Made by a program: the position numbers and the translations under genes. Positions 35,494-45,584 of a stretch of 64,000 bases of DNA are shown piece by piece. A model generated the notes under the pieces. It was not told where the DNA came from. It was given only the letters and a program-made list of their open reading frames with translations, and made no database searches. Source of the DNA: Candidatus Levyibacteriota bacterium (GTDB taxonomy: Bacteria > Patescibacteriota > Microgenomatia > Levybacterales > UBA12049). The DNA lies in NCBI GenBank assembly GCA_016199085.1, contig JACQHJ010000009.1:41667-105666 (forward strand), written 5' to 3'. The first letter of the stretch is position 1. Each line of letters begins with the position of its first letter.

Positions 35494-36320
35494 TTTAAGC
35501 TTAACCTCCTTATCGCCTCATCAGCCTCTTCTTGCGTAGGTGATTTATATTGAGACGATATTTTATTTACATAAATAGGAACTCCACCCAATCCTTTAAT
35601 TGTATGAGCAATAATAACCGTTGGTTTATTTTTCTTTATAGAAATTTTTTTAAATGCAGTAATCAATTCATTAAAGTTGTGCCCATCTACCTCAACTACC
35701 TCCCAACCAAAACTTCCCCATTTTTTTGAAAATGGTTCTAGGTTCAAAACATCCTTTGTATGCCCAAATCCTTGAAGCTTATTATAATCAACTATTGCAA
35801 CAAGGTTATCAAGCTTATGATGCCCAGCAAATAATATTGCTTCCCAAGTTGATCCCTCGTCACATTCACCATCTGAAATAATACAGAAAATTCTATGTTT
35901 CTTACTGTCTATTTTGCCTGCATATGCCATGCCCATTGCCATTGATAAGCCATGGCCTAAAGAACCCGCCGAGACTTCCACTCCTGAAACACAATGTCTA
36001 GTAGAATGCCCAGGAAGCTTACCGTTATTACTTTCGTATCCTTCTAAAAATTTTTTATCGAAAAAGCCACGCTCTGCCAATACAGCGTATAGCGCTTTTG
36101 CGTCATGGGCTTTACTAAAAACTAATCTGTCACGTTCCTTGCCATAGGGGTTTTGCGGGTTAATATTCATTATCTCAAAATAGAGAGAAACTAAAATCTC
36201 AACACAAGAAAGTGCACCGCCAGTATGGGCACTTTTGGCTCTCAGGCTCATTTCGATGATGTCTTTTCTAATTTTTTTAGCTTGATTTTTAAGAAAATCT
36301 ATTCTCTTTGTACTAAGCAT
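35490..36320 (-). CDS. Transketolase-like, N-terminal ThDP-binding subunit
   Basis: HTGGALS, RDR..FSK.H, GSLGHGL, SDGECDEGSTWEA...DYNKLQ, HTIKG. Confidence 0.92.
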   Translation of the reverse strand: MLSTKRIDFLKNQAKKIRKDIIEMSLRAKSAHTGGALSCVEILVSLYFEIMNINPQNPYGKERDRLVFSKAHDAKALYAVLAERGFFDKKFLEGYESNNGKLPGHSTRHCVSGVEVSAGSLGHGLSMAMGMAYAGKIDSKKHRIFCIISDGECDEGSTWEAILFAGHHKLDNLVAIVDYNKLQGFGHTKDVLNLEPFSKKWGSFGWEVVEVDGHNFNELITAFKKISIKKNKPTVIIAHTIKGLGGVPIYVNKISSQYKSPTQEEADEAIRRLSLK

Positions 36321-36327
36321 AACGCTT

Positions 36328-36356
36328 ATCCTATAACATAGGCTCTTGTTTTACAA
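36328..36356 (-). promoter_or_regulatory. Promoter TTGTAA-N17-TAGGAT, 7 nt before ATG 36320
   Basis: Hexamers read directly. Confidence 0.5.
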
Positions 36357-36371
36357 GATTAGTAAATAAGG

Positions 36372-38705
36372 TTAGATGGGAAAATATAATTCAATCATAT
36401 CATCTTTACTTGCATCAATTTTTCTGTAATGATCGGATAAAATCTTTTCGATCTTCTTAGACCAAATCTCATACTCTCCCACATGAAACCTTCTACCAGT
36501 AAAGACTTTATAGCTTTTATTCGTTTCTAAGAAATTGTATATTTTTTTAACATCACTTTTTAAAAAAAGTTCCATAAGCCCAGGTGTATCAAGAACTGAA
36601 ATTGTTTTTGATTCCTCATAATAAACACTCGGAAACGTAGCTAGAATGAATATTTTTTCTCCTTTTTTTGTATGATTTTTAATAAATTTAATGTCTTCCG
36701 ATATCATCGATTGTTTTTGTTTCCCCGACAACTCGCCTATTATAGAGTTAACCGCTTTAATGTTTCCTATGTATATGCGATCAAAGTTCTCGAACCAATA
36801 GACGGAATATGAAGAAATAAAGAAATATAAAAGTAAAAAAAGAATTATTTTATGATAGATTCTTATTCCATTTTTTTTAACTCCACTCCAAAGTTCGTCT
36901 GTAAAAATTATTACTAAAATAACTGCAGAATAAATTGGCCCCCATAAGTCTACATCTGTTCCTCTCCCTTGGAAACGAGAAAACGCGCTGATTCCCAAAA
37001 CAGATAGCAAAAAAATAACCGTAGACCTATATTCATTTTCTTTCTTTATCAAATTAATCAGGGAGTATAAAATTCCTATCAGATAGATCAAAATCACCAG
37101 ATTCCACGGATGAATAAGCTTAAGGGGAGTCATTGTAAGACCAAGGAAATAATAAAATCTTTGATACTCTAAAATGAGTCTAAAATCAGGAAAGCTTCCA
37201 TATTGATTTAAAATATACAAACCATATATCATAAATACAAAAAATAAAATACATAATCCTCTTACTAATTGAAGAACAATATTTTTTAAAACCATCTTTA
37301 GGTTTTTATTATTATGGTTAAGAAACTCTAAATAAAATAATGACAACATCCATGTTAAAAAAACTACTATTCCTGTTTCTACGTTCCATAAAATTGCAAC
37401 TGAATACAGTACAAAAGAAAAATAGTATAGAATTTTATTTTTGCTCTGAAAATAAAATGAAGACAAAAATATAAGCAAAAATGGGAAAAATATCCTAAGA
37501 GGGAAAAATTGAAAATAAGGATTAATCGGAGTTAATGGAAAAAAACGTCCTCCTGGCATTATATAAAATACAAAGAAAAAGGAAATACCCAATAAGCAGA
37601 TAAATTTATCTCTAACAAACCTTCTAAGAAAGAGTAAGATAATAAAAATCGATATACCATATAACAAAGTCATTATAAAAGTAAAATTAAAAATACTTAA
37701 TCCTATTGCAGTAAAAATAGGAACTAAAAAATGAGGATATAAACCATAAAGATTAACAAAGTTATTAACAAGAAGAGCCTTGCCAGAAAAAACTTGAGAA
37801 ACAGAATAGAAAATTGTTTCTAAATCATGAGCTTTTTCTAAATTATTGGGTAATAAGTATTGACTTAGACCAAAAACCCTAGGTAAAAAAACAGATATCA
37901 CCACTAAAAAAATCAATGAAACAATCAAAAAGGTTAATGCTTTGTTGATATATTTAAATTTAGATTCATATTTGTTTTTTAAAAAAAGCAGTAAAACAAA
38001 TAGTAGGAAAACGAAAATATAATTAATAGGCTGTCTATAGAAATAATTATTTACTACATAATAAAAGTTAACGCTTTTTAGGTCGAAAAAAGTCAAAAAA
38101 AATAACAAGGAGCTACTAAGGATAACAGAAAATGAATAAATTATTTTTATAGATTTAACATATTTAACTACAACTTTTCTAAAAAAAGAGAAGGACATAA
38201 ACAATAATAGAGGGAATAAAAAAATTCCACTCAAATATTGAAATCTTTCTACAGGTTCTGGGAAAAATAGACTCTTATCTCGAACTGATATTTGAGTAGC
38301 AAATTCTATTATTTTTTCTATATCCGGTGTATATATTTTCGCAATCAAAAATACTATAAGCAGGATTATTCCTATCGAAAAGATAATACTATATACAGCA
38401 GCAATATAATCTTCCTTTTCTGATATAAATACTTTATTTACTCTGGAATTCTCACCAACAGATTCTTTTTTCTTAGTTTTACCTGCCTCCAAACGCAATT
38501 TTGAGAATATTGTCATAATAAACTGATTCTTTATTTTTTTATTGGCTATATTTTGGAATTTAAACAACTTTATGCCTTTGATAAATTGTGGGAATTTAAC
38601 AAAATTGAAACGTGTCAGTTTTAAAAAAAATAAAAATATTAAACTGAGAAGATATAAATTTTTACCTTTAATTAACATTGTGTTTTGTTTTTTATAGTAT
38701 AGCAA
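36372..38705 (-). CDS. Multi-pass membrane protein, probable GT-C-like glycosyltransferase or polymerase
   Basis: More than 12 hydrophobic segments; NLYG, YFQFFPLR, WNVETG; soluble C-terminal domain. Start codon uncertain. Confidence 0.55.
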   Translation of the reverse strand: MLYYKKQNTMLIKGKNLYLLSLIFLFFLKLTRFNFVKFPQFIKGIKLFKFQNIANKKIKNQFIMTIFSKLRLEAGKTKKKESVGENSRVNKVFISEKEDYIAAVYSIIFSIGIILLIVFLIAKIYTPDIEKIIEFATQISVRDKSLFFPEPVERFQYLSGIFLFPLLLFMSFSFFRKVVVKYVKSIKIIYSFSVILSSSLLFFLTFFDLKSVNFYYVVNNYFYRQPINYIFVFLLFVLLLFLKNKYESKFKYINKALTFLIVSLIFLVVISVFLPRVFGLSQYLLPNNLEKAHDLETIFYSVSQVFSGKALLVNNFVNLYGLYPHFLVPIFTAIGLSIFNFTFIMTLLYGISIFIILLFLRRFVRDKFICLLGISFFFVFYIMPGGRFFPLTPINPYFQFFPLRIFFPFLLIFLSSFYFQSKNKILYYFSFVLYSVAILWNVETGIVVFLTWMLSLFYLEFLNHNNKNLKMVLKNIVLQLVRGLCILFFVFMIYGLYILNQYGSFPDFRLILEYQRFYYFLGLTMTPLKLIHPWNLVILIYLIGILYSLINLIKKENEYRSTVIFLLSVLGISAFSRFQGRGTDVDLWGPIYSAVILVIIFTDELWSGVKKNGIRIYHKIILFLLLYFFISSYSVYWFENFDRIYIGNIKAVNSIIGELSGKQKQSMISEDIKFIKNHTKKGEKIFILATFPSVYYEESKTISVLDTPGLMELFLKSDVKKIYNFLETNKSYKVFTGRRFHVGEYEIWSKKIEKILSDHYRKIDASKDDMIELYFPI

Positions 38706-38792
38706 AATCTATCCTTCAATAATCGTTAATTTATTCTTCATATTTTTAAAGACTTTATGCCTATGATATACTAAACGAAATATTTTATTTGG

Positions 38793-39848
38793 ATGAATAA
38801 GACCTTTTGGAAAAATAAAAAAGTATTTATAACGGGAGGTGCTGGCTTTATCGGGCATAAGTTAGCTGATTCTTTAATAAAACTCGGGGCAAAAACAACA
38901 ATTGCAGACAATCTGTTCAGCGGCGATATTAATAATGTGCTACGGGTTTATAAACAAAATAATTTAAAATATAAAAAAACTAGTAAAGGATATTCTGCAG
39001 AAAATGGAAATAACTTCTTAAAGATTGATATACAGGACTATAACAAAACTCTTAAAGCCTTAGATGGTCATGAAGTTGTTTTTCACTTAGCTGCAAATTT
39101 TGGTGGTAGAGGATATATAGATACCCACCCAGCAGATTGCTGTGAGAACTTTGCGATGACTCAAAATATAATAAAAGCTTCTCATATTGTAAAAATAGAC
39201 AGAGTTCAATTCGCTTCTTCTGCCTGTGTCTATCCATCTGATCTTCAAAAAAAATATAATTCAAAATACTTACTTAAAGAAGCTGACGCTTTTAAAAACG
39301 GATGGGGAAATGCAGACAAGGAATACGGATGGGCAAAATTAATGGGAGAGATCAAGCTTAGAGCATACTATAACCAATATGGCCTTAAAAGCTCAATAAC
39401 TCGGTATGTCACCGTATATGGTCCATGGGAAAATGACACTCACGCTATTATAGCATTAATAAGAAGAGCCATACGCAAAGAAGATCCATATGTTATTTGG
39501 GGAAGTGGAAAGCAAGACAGGGATTTTACATACATCGACGACATTGTTTCTGGAACAATTTCGGCATGTCAATTTATAACAAATGCCGATGTTGTGAATT
39601 TAGGTACAAGTAAAAGGTATACGATGATAGAATCCGTTAACCTTATATTTGATATTCTCGGGTGGAGACCAAAAGATATAATCTTCGATAAAACCAAACC
39701 AGAAGGAGTTAAAACTCGAGCTCTTGATATATCAAAATCAAAAAAGCTTTTGGGGTGGACTCCTAAGTATGATTTCAGAAAAGGATTGGAAAAAACTATT
39801 GAATGGTTTATAAAAGAAAACCCCAAATCCGTTGAGACAATAAAATAA
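38793..39848 (+). CDS. NAD-dependent nucleotide-sugar epimerase (GDP-mannose 3,5-epimerase-like)
   Basis: TGGAGFIG, HLAANFGGRGYI, ASSACVYP, YGWAK, WGSGKQDRDFTYIDD. Confidence 0.85.
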   Translation: MNKTFWKNKKVFITGGAGFIGHKLADSLIKLGAKTTIADNLFSGDINNVLRVYKQNNLKYKKTSKGYSAENGNNFLKIDIQDYNKTLKALDGHEVVFHLAANFGGRGYIDTHPADCCENFAMTQNIIKASHIVKIDRVQFASSACVYPSDLQKKYNSKYLLKEADAFKNGWGNADKEYGWAKLMGEIKLRAYYNQYGLKSSITRYVTVYGPWENDTHAIIALIRRAIRKEDPYVIWGSGKQDRDFTYIDDIVSGTISACQFITNADVVNLGTSKRYTMIESVNLIFDILGWRPKDIIFDKTKPEGVKTRALDISKSKKLLGWTPKYDFRKGLEKTIEWFIKENPKSVETIK

Positions 39849-39856
39849 ATTAAGAT

Positions 39857-40555
39857 ATGAATATATTAAGTATTATACTGCCTGTCTATAATGAAAAAGG
39901 TACTATTGAACGTGTATTAAATGAATGGATGAAAGAACTTGAGAAATATAATCTTCAATACCGTTTTGTCATTTGCGAAGACGGTTCCACGGATGGAACT
40001 AAAGAATTCCTTAAGAAAATAAAGAATAAATACAAATTAATATTAAATCAAAAGAACGAACGAAGAGGATATGGGAGAGCTGTAATAGACGGGATTAAAA
40101 CAAGTAAGTCAAAATATCTTCTTTGCATAGACTCCGATGGACAATGTGATCCAAAAGATTTTAAAAAATTTTGGAAAAATAAAGACAAAGCAGGTGTAAT
40201 AATTGGATGGAGAAAAAAGCGAACAGATGCTTTTCAAAGGAAAATTTTTTCACAATTATTTAAGTTAGCGCATTCCCTGTTGTTTCCTTCAAATATTCAT
40301 GATCCTTCAGCTCCTTTTGTACTTTTTAAAAAAGAAACAATATTTCCTCACCTTGATTACTTAAAATATCTTAATGAGGGATTTTGGTGGGGATTCGTCG
40401 GGATGTGCGTTAAAAATAACTTATTAGTTTTCGAACTTCCAATTAATCATAGGTCTCGACTTGATGGAAAAACACAAGTATATATAACTAAAAAAATCCC
40501 GTCAATTGCTTTACGAAATTTACTTGGACTACTTAGGCTTAAATTCGTAAAGTAA
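39857..40555 (+). CDS. GT2 Dol-P-Man-synthase-like polyprenol-phosphate glycosyltransferase
   Basis: LPVYNE, EDGSTDGT, GYG.A, IDSDGQ, H..R..G.T. Confidence 0.85.
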   Translation: MNILSIILPVYNEKGTIERVLNEWMKELEKYNLQYRFVICEDGSTDGTKEFLKKIKNKYKLILNQKNERRGYGRAVIDGIKTSKSKYLLCIDSDGQCDPKDFKKFWKNKDKAGVIIGWRKKRTDAFQRKIFSQLFKLAHSLLFPSNIHDPSAPFVLFKKETIFPHLDYLKYLNEGFWWGFVGMCVKNNLLVFELPINHRSRLDGKTQVYITKKIPSIALRNLLGLLRLKFVK

Positions 40556-40682
40556 AGAACATGCACGTTTGTTACTTACGATCATAATATGAATGCTTAT
40601 AATTCTTTCATCCTACTGGAAATAACACTTGTAGAAAAAGGCATATACCTATCTCATTCTTTTAAAATTAATTAATAGCAAT

Positions 40683-40797
40683 GATTTTATTATGAATATA
40701 TTAAATAAGATTAGCAAAAAATCGTAAACTATTAACTGACATAATTAATAACTTGAACTATTGGAGAGTTAACGAAGCTTTAGTTATTTTACTTTTT
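40683..40797 (+). pseudogene. Frameshifted internal fragment of the GT87-like gene family; inverted copy of 42601-42717
   Basis: Manual alignment gives 103/117 identical with a 29-bp perfect core and a 2-nt deletion. Reads DFIMNILNKISKK/RKLLTDIINNLNYWRVNEALVILLF versus DFIIDTLNKIRKKNRKVLTDIINNLNYWRLNKALVILLF. Confidence 0.85.
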
Positions 40798-41413
40798 TAT
40801 CTTTAGGGATCTTTAAATCTAAAATAGTTTGATAATTAAGTTTTGAAAAATAATTTGCGTCTTGAAACGCTTTTTTATCTTTTTGAGAAACTTTATAAGC
40901 TTGTTTGTCAAAAATCTCCTGATGCTTGAGAGCCGCTGTCTTTATTCTTTCATCAAGTTCTTGAGTAATCCCTTGATGTCTCCAAAATGCCCATTTATAG
41001 TCTGTAACTAAAATCGTGAAATAATGCTCCCCTTTAAGTGCTGTTTCTTTTGCCAAAGCAATATTTCCTTTATCTAATAGAAGCAGGCTTGCATAAATTG
41101 TCTTATCTGCCATTATCAAATCCCACTCGATTTTTTTTATAGGATCGGAAACCAACTTTGACATGATTTTATCTCTTAAAACTTTTAATTTATATAATGG
41201 GTTATCTGGTAACATACCCGGCCAAGCAAGTTGGTAATTAACAGAGGCGGATTGTGTAGAAATTGCATTACTGGAATCTATTTTTTCTTGAGCAAAACTA
41301 GTTGTTCCACAAAATAAAAACAAGGAGAAAACAATTAAAAGACATACTAAGAATAAATTCTTCATTTTTAGAAATATAAACTTGATTATACGAAAAAATA
41401 CATTGTTTAGCAA
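40784..41413 (-). CDS. DUF5667-like exported helical protein
   Basis: YQLAWPGMLPDNPLYKLKVLRD motif. Likely true start 41365 (MKNLFLV..., signal-peptide-like). Confidence 0.7.
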   Translation of the reverse strand: MLNNVFFRIIKFIFLKMKNLFLVCLLIVFSLFLFCGTTSFAQEKIDSSNAISTQSASVNYQLAWPGMLPDNPLYKLKVLRDKIMSKLVSDPIKKIEWDLIMADKTIYASLLLLDKGNIALAKETALKGEHYFTILVTDYKWAFWRHQGITQELDERIKTAALKHQEIFDKQAYKVSQKDKKAFQDANYFSKLNYQTILDLKIPKDKKVK

Positions 41414-41514
41414 TATGAGGCAACATGTCTCAAATAATTTTATACCGAACTTTACTCATTATTCTATTTTAAAATGAAAAACTAAATAATATTATCTAAA
41501 TTCATTTCTGGTTA

Positions 41515-41543
41515 TTGACTACATGAAACGGAAAAAATATAAT
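41515..41543 (+). promoter_or_regulatory. Near-consensus sigma70 promoter TTGACT-N17-TATAAT
   Basis: Hexamers read directly; 40 nt upstream of the methyltransferase ATG. Confidence 0.75.
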
Positions 41544-41583
41544 AAACTTTGATTATTCGCCCAACACAGAAGGAAAGTCTTTT

Positions 41584-42312
41584 ATGAGTCATGATCTGGG
41601 TATGCCCGGGAATTACGAGTATTTATCTCTTAATAAAGGAATTTCTATACAACGACAATGGAATAAAAATAGACTCCTATTATTAAAAAAAATAAATTTC
41701 ATAACAAAAAATGATATTGTGCTTGATGCCGGATGCGGGTCAGGTAATGTTGTTTTGGAATTTTCAAAATTAGCAAAAAGAATTGACGGATGGGATATTA
41801 ATAAAAACTCAATTTCCTTTTTAAGGAAAAAAATAAAAGAGAACCAAATAAGAAACGCAAATACTGCCGTTAGAAATTTGCTTAAAGTGAAGGGGAAACC
41901 CCATTTTTCAAAAATCATTTTAACCGAAGTTATCGAACATTTTTCACATGAAGATTACAAAAAAATGCTATTAAATCTTAGGTATCTTCTTTTACCAAAA
42001 GGAAGAATTTTTATAACAACTCCAAATGATAAAAGTATTTGGCCAATTCTTGAATTTATGTTAAATATTTTCCAAAAAAACATACAAAGAGTACCAACTT
42101 TGGATGATAGACATCTGGGACACTTCGATAAAAAAACGCTCGAGACTATAGTTGAAGAGGCTGGTTTTAAAATCATACATTCTGGGACCATGAATTCTTT
42201 CTCTCCTTTTTTATTTTTTCTTTCGGAAAAGAAACGAGACAAAATTAGCTACTGGGAAAGCAAAAGCATTAAATTCGGCCCGCTTTTGTTTCTGATCGCG
42301 GAGAAAAAATGA
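41584..42312 (+). CDS. Class I SAM-dependent methyltransferase
   Basis: VLDAGCGSG, EVIEH, L.P.G.IFITTPN. Confidence 0.9.
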   Translation: MSHDLGMPGNYEYLSLNKGISIQRQWNKNRLLLLKKINFITKNDIVLDAGCGSGNVVLEFSKLAKRIDGWDINKNSISFLRKKIKENQIRNANTAVRNLLKVKGKPHFSKIILTEVIEHFSHEDYKKMLLNLRYLLLPKGRIFITTPNDKSIWPILEFMLNIFQKNIQRVPTLDDRHLGHFDKKTLETIVEEAGFKIIHSGTMNSFSPFLFFLSEKKRDKISYWESKSIKFGPLLFLIAEKK

Positions 42313-44151
42313 ATTTTGTAACATATTTTCTATCCCAGCTTTTATTAAAAAGTAAAAGTGAATAAGGACGAATATATTCATAAATCGCGGGTCAAAAAGG
42401 GTCATCCCTCGTGGGTCTATAGACGTAAAGATCCAAAGCCCCTTCAATAATAAAGCAAGCGTTGAGATATAACAGTAAAATCTCGCCTTTGAATTCTCTC
42501 TTGTCTCGACCCATAACAAAAGAATTATTGGGAGAGAATAATATAATCTATAGGTGAATGAAGACTGAGGGATAAGATTAATAACGGCATCTGCCAGAAT
42601 AAAAAGTAAAATAACCAAAGCTTTATTTAACCTCCAATAGTTCAAGTTATTAATTATGTCGGTTAATACTTTACGATTTTTTTTCCTAATCTTATTTAAT
42701 GTATCTATAATAAAATCTTTGGTTTTGCGAAAAATACTTATAAAAGGAATAATAAATACCAAGATAAACATTGCCTTAGAGATGGCTGAAATAATAACAA
42801 CATCTCTATATACCACCCTATCATCCAAAACTGCGCATGTATGTTTATATACACAGCTTGTTAATAAACTTGCAGTTGCTTCAAATGAGTGGTTTATACT
42901 TAAATATCTAGGTTCATTAAACAAATTTGCTGCAAATTTCGCCCACATTTGAGTTTGATTGATCGTATCAGCAATTGTAATATTTAATCCAAAAAGGTGA
43001 GGAGAATAGTTAAATCCTAAAAAAGATACAACAAAAGAAACAAATGTCAAAAGAGCATATTCTGAACTAAATATAGCAATTAAGGCAAAAGGGGCCAAGA
43101 ATAGTTTAGCATTTACTAAAAACCCCATCATAAAACCTATTAGTATTGTATAGGTGAATAAAGCAAGGGAAGGACGTGTTGTTTTTCTACGTGAAACTAT
43201 CATTAATAATAAGAATCCAACCAAAAGAGAAAAGATAATGTCCATATTAACTCTTTCCAGTCCAAAACTTCCCGGAATCCCAAGTAAAAAAATAATAAAT
43301 ACCATGAGCAAAATACTTTTTACGCGTTCTTTTTTTTTATAAGCTAAAAGAAATATAAAAATAATGTATCCGGCTATTGTTGTAACAATTAACATTTGAG
43401 AAATAAGTTGCTCACAAGAAATTAAAGGCGTAGTTTGTGATAGCGAGCATATTCCAAGCTGGGGAGCAAAAATAAGAAATGGGGAAAAGAAAAAATATAT
43501 TGCTGGACCATAACTTATTTGAAGATCAAAATAAGGATTTAGTCCATGAATCATGTATTCGGTTGGAAAAAATACAGGTACCAAGAAATCCTGGCCAACG
43601 CGTACATGGAAAAATTTTTCAGGCAGAATTAAAGCACCCCCAGGATCTGAGTAAGTGATTGAAAATCTTGTAAGAACTACTATAAGCAATAGAACTATAA
43701 ATATAAATATTTGATCTTTGTTTATAAAACTCACTGATTTGTTCCACAAACTAATAAGCCTTTTATGTATTAAGCTTCTGTATACAGTTATTGACACTTT
43801 TACTAATTTGGTATCATAGACAAACAGAATTAATTTTTTGAAAGATTCAGTAAACAATTTAATGACGATTAAAATTTTTTTAAATCCTTGCTTGTTAACT
43901 AATTTTTGAGGAAAATCATTAATCGTTAAGCTCCTTAAACCACCACTCTTTATCTTTTTATATATAAAAAATACAGTTCTATATATTCTAGGAAAAGTTT
44001 TTATTAAAAATAATGATGATGTAAGGATCAGAAGAAGTATAAATGAAATAATCATCATAATTCCCAAAAGAAATAAATTCGGGTTATAAATACCATTATC
44101 GTAAAAGTTTTTTACCAATTGAGGAATATTAGCTAAAGATAAATACAACAT
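42211..44151 (-). CDS. GT87/DUF2029-like membrane glycosyltransferase, paralogue A
   Basis: GQDF, NPY...YGP, PGSFGLERVNMD, KLF, NHS, YRLYYSLP. Confidence 0.65.
   Translation of the reverse strand: MLYLSLANIPQLVKNFYDNGIYNPNLFLLGIMMIISFILLLILTSSLFLIKTFPRIYRTVFFIYKKIKSGGLRSLTINDFPQKLVNKQGFKKILIVIKLFTESFKKLILFVYDTKLVKVSITVYRSLIHKRLISLWNKSVSFINKDQIFIFIVLLLIVVLTRFSITYSDPGGALILPEKFFHVRVGQDFLVPVFFPTEYMIHGLNPYFDLQISYGPAIYFFFSPFLIFAPQLGICSLSQTTPLISCEQLISQMLIVTTIAGYIIFIFLLAYKKKERVKSILLMVFIIFLLGIPGSFGLERVNMDIIFSLLVGFLLLMIVSRRKTTRPSLALFTYTILIGFMMGFLVNAKLFLAPFALIAIFSSEYALLTFVSFVVSFLGFNYSPHLFGLNITIADTINQTQMWAKFAANLFNEPRYLSINHSFEATASLLTSCVYKHTCAVLDDRVVYRDVVIISAISKAMFILVFIIPFISIFRKTKDFIIDTLNKIRKKNRKVLTDIINNLNYWRLNKALVILLFILADAVINLIPQSSFTYRLYYSLPIILLLWVETRENSKARFYCYISTLALLLKGLWIFTSIDPRGMTLFDPRFMNIFVLIHFYFLIKAGIENMLQNSFFLRDQKQKRAEFNAFAFPVANFVSFLFRKKK
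42601..42717 (-). repeat. Intragenic partner of the inverted repeat at 40683-40797
   Basis: Reverse complement aligns at about 88% (manual count). Confidence 0.85.
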
Positions 44152-44198
44152 TAAATTTTTATCTAGGCAATTATATCATTAAATATGTTTTTTGAAAT

Positions 44199-45584
44199 TC
44201 AAGAATTTTGTACACGATATTTAACAATGGAGCTTGAGGTATGACTTCTCAAAAGCAGGTAACTTGACTTAATTAAAAAAATAAAATGAAAGATTATAAA
44301 AATGTTCATTAGGCGTGCATCTATTATCCCTTTTATAGAAGGGGACAAGTTAACTATCCATAATCCACCTAAAACAAGAAAAATCATGGAAAGATAGCAA
44401 TAAAACTTTGCCTTAGTTTGATTTTGAGTCTCTGTTAATAAAATCAAGACAATAGGGAGAGAGTAATATAATCGATAGTTAAAAGCGATTTCTGGAACAA
44501 GATTTATAAAAGCAGTTATAAAAGTTAATAAAAAAATCAAAGAATATTTGTTTGTTTTTAATTTCAATAAATATCGCTTATAAAGAATAGGGCTTTTTAA
44601 TAGACTTATGAGTTTGACTAAATTCTTTTTTTTAAAAAAATTTCTAGAAAAGAATGCAATAACAAAAGTTAGTAAAACTATAATTAAAGTTAATAAATTA
44701 TTTGGGTATGCTTCACAATTTTGAGTTTTAAGACAATCTGTAAAATAAGACGCAAGAGCAGCGGGAGAATGGTTGTATGCTGGGCTAAAATTAACAGTAA
44801 CTCTTTCATTCCATAAATAAACCCTGTTTAGAAAAGTTAAAATACCAGTAGGTGACCCGAATATATTTGGTAAATACGTAATAATTATAAAAGATCCCAA
44901 AAAAGAAAAAAATTTAAAAATAATATTTTTTGAGAATAAAATAAAAACTACAGAAAAAGGGAAAAGAAAGATTTTGGCATTGGTAATCGCACCTAATAAA
45001 ATTCCCATAAAAATAGAATAAAGTTTTCCATATTTATCCAATAATTTTTTTTCATTAAATTTAAGCAGAATTATAAAACCTAAAGCCAAAGAAAGGAAAA
45101 TGTCAACATTACCCATATAAAAACCAAGGATTCCGGGTATTGAAAAAAAGAAAGTCAAAATAAAAAGTAAGGCGATTTTTTTTATTTCGGAAGACTGCTT
45201 TTTAAATAATATTTTGAAAAAAAATAAATATGACAAAAATAGAGGAAGCAGAAGTATTGAGTAAATAGTAATATTATTCCCCAGCTTTAAAAGAAGGAAC
45301 GGAGATATAATTAGGGGGAATAAATGGCCACATGCAGAGTTAACCCAACCTAATTGGTTCATTACCTCTCCTCTAACCATAAACATACTTCTTACATATA
45401 CGCATGTGTTAAAATCATTAGCAAAAACAAGGCCTAAGTTTTTAGGTACGGAAACTGACTGAGGAGAAAAAATAGATGAAACAAACGGATTTGAAATTAG
45501 AGTAAGCAAAAACAAAGCCAAAATAATTATGAAAGTCCTATGTTTAATCGCAAATATTGTTTTTTTTATTAAACTGTTATACAT
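44199..45584 (-). CDS. GT87/DUF2029-like membrane glycosyltransferase, paralogue B
   Basis: ANDF, PGILGFYMGNVD, KIF, NHS, YRLYYSLP, FYCYLS; clearly homologous to 42211-44151. Confidence 0.65.
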   Translation of the reverse strand: MYNSLIKKTIFAIKHRTFIIILALFLLTLISNPFVSSIFSPQSVSVPKNLGLVFANDFNTCVYVRSMFMVRGEVMNQLGWVNSACGHLFPLIISPFLLLKLGNNITIYSILLLPLFLSYLFFFKILFKKQSSEIKKIALLFILTFFFSIPGILGFYMGNVDIFLSLALGFIILLKFNEKKLLDKYGKLYSIFMGILLGAITNAKIFLFPFSVVFILFSKNIIFKFFSFLGSFIIITYLPNIFGSPTGILTFLNRVYLWNERVTVNFSPAYNHSPAALASYFTDCLKTQNCEAYPNNLLTLIIVLLTFVIAFFSRNFFKKKNLVKLISLLKSPILYKRYLLKLKTNKYSLIFLLTFITAFINLVPEIAFNYRLYYSLPIVLILLTETQNQTKAKFYCYLSMIFLVLGGLWIVNLSPSIKGIIDARLMNIFIIFHFIFLIKSSYLLLRSHTSSSIVKYRVQNS

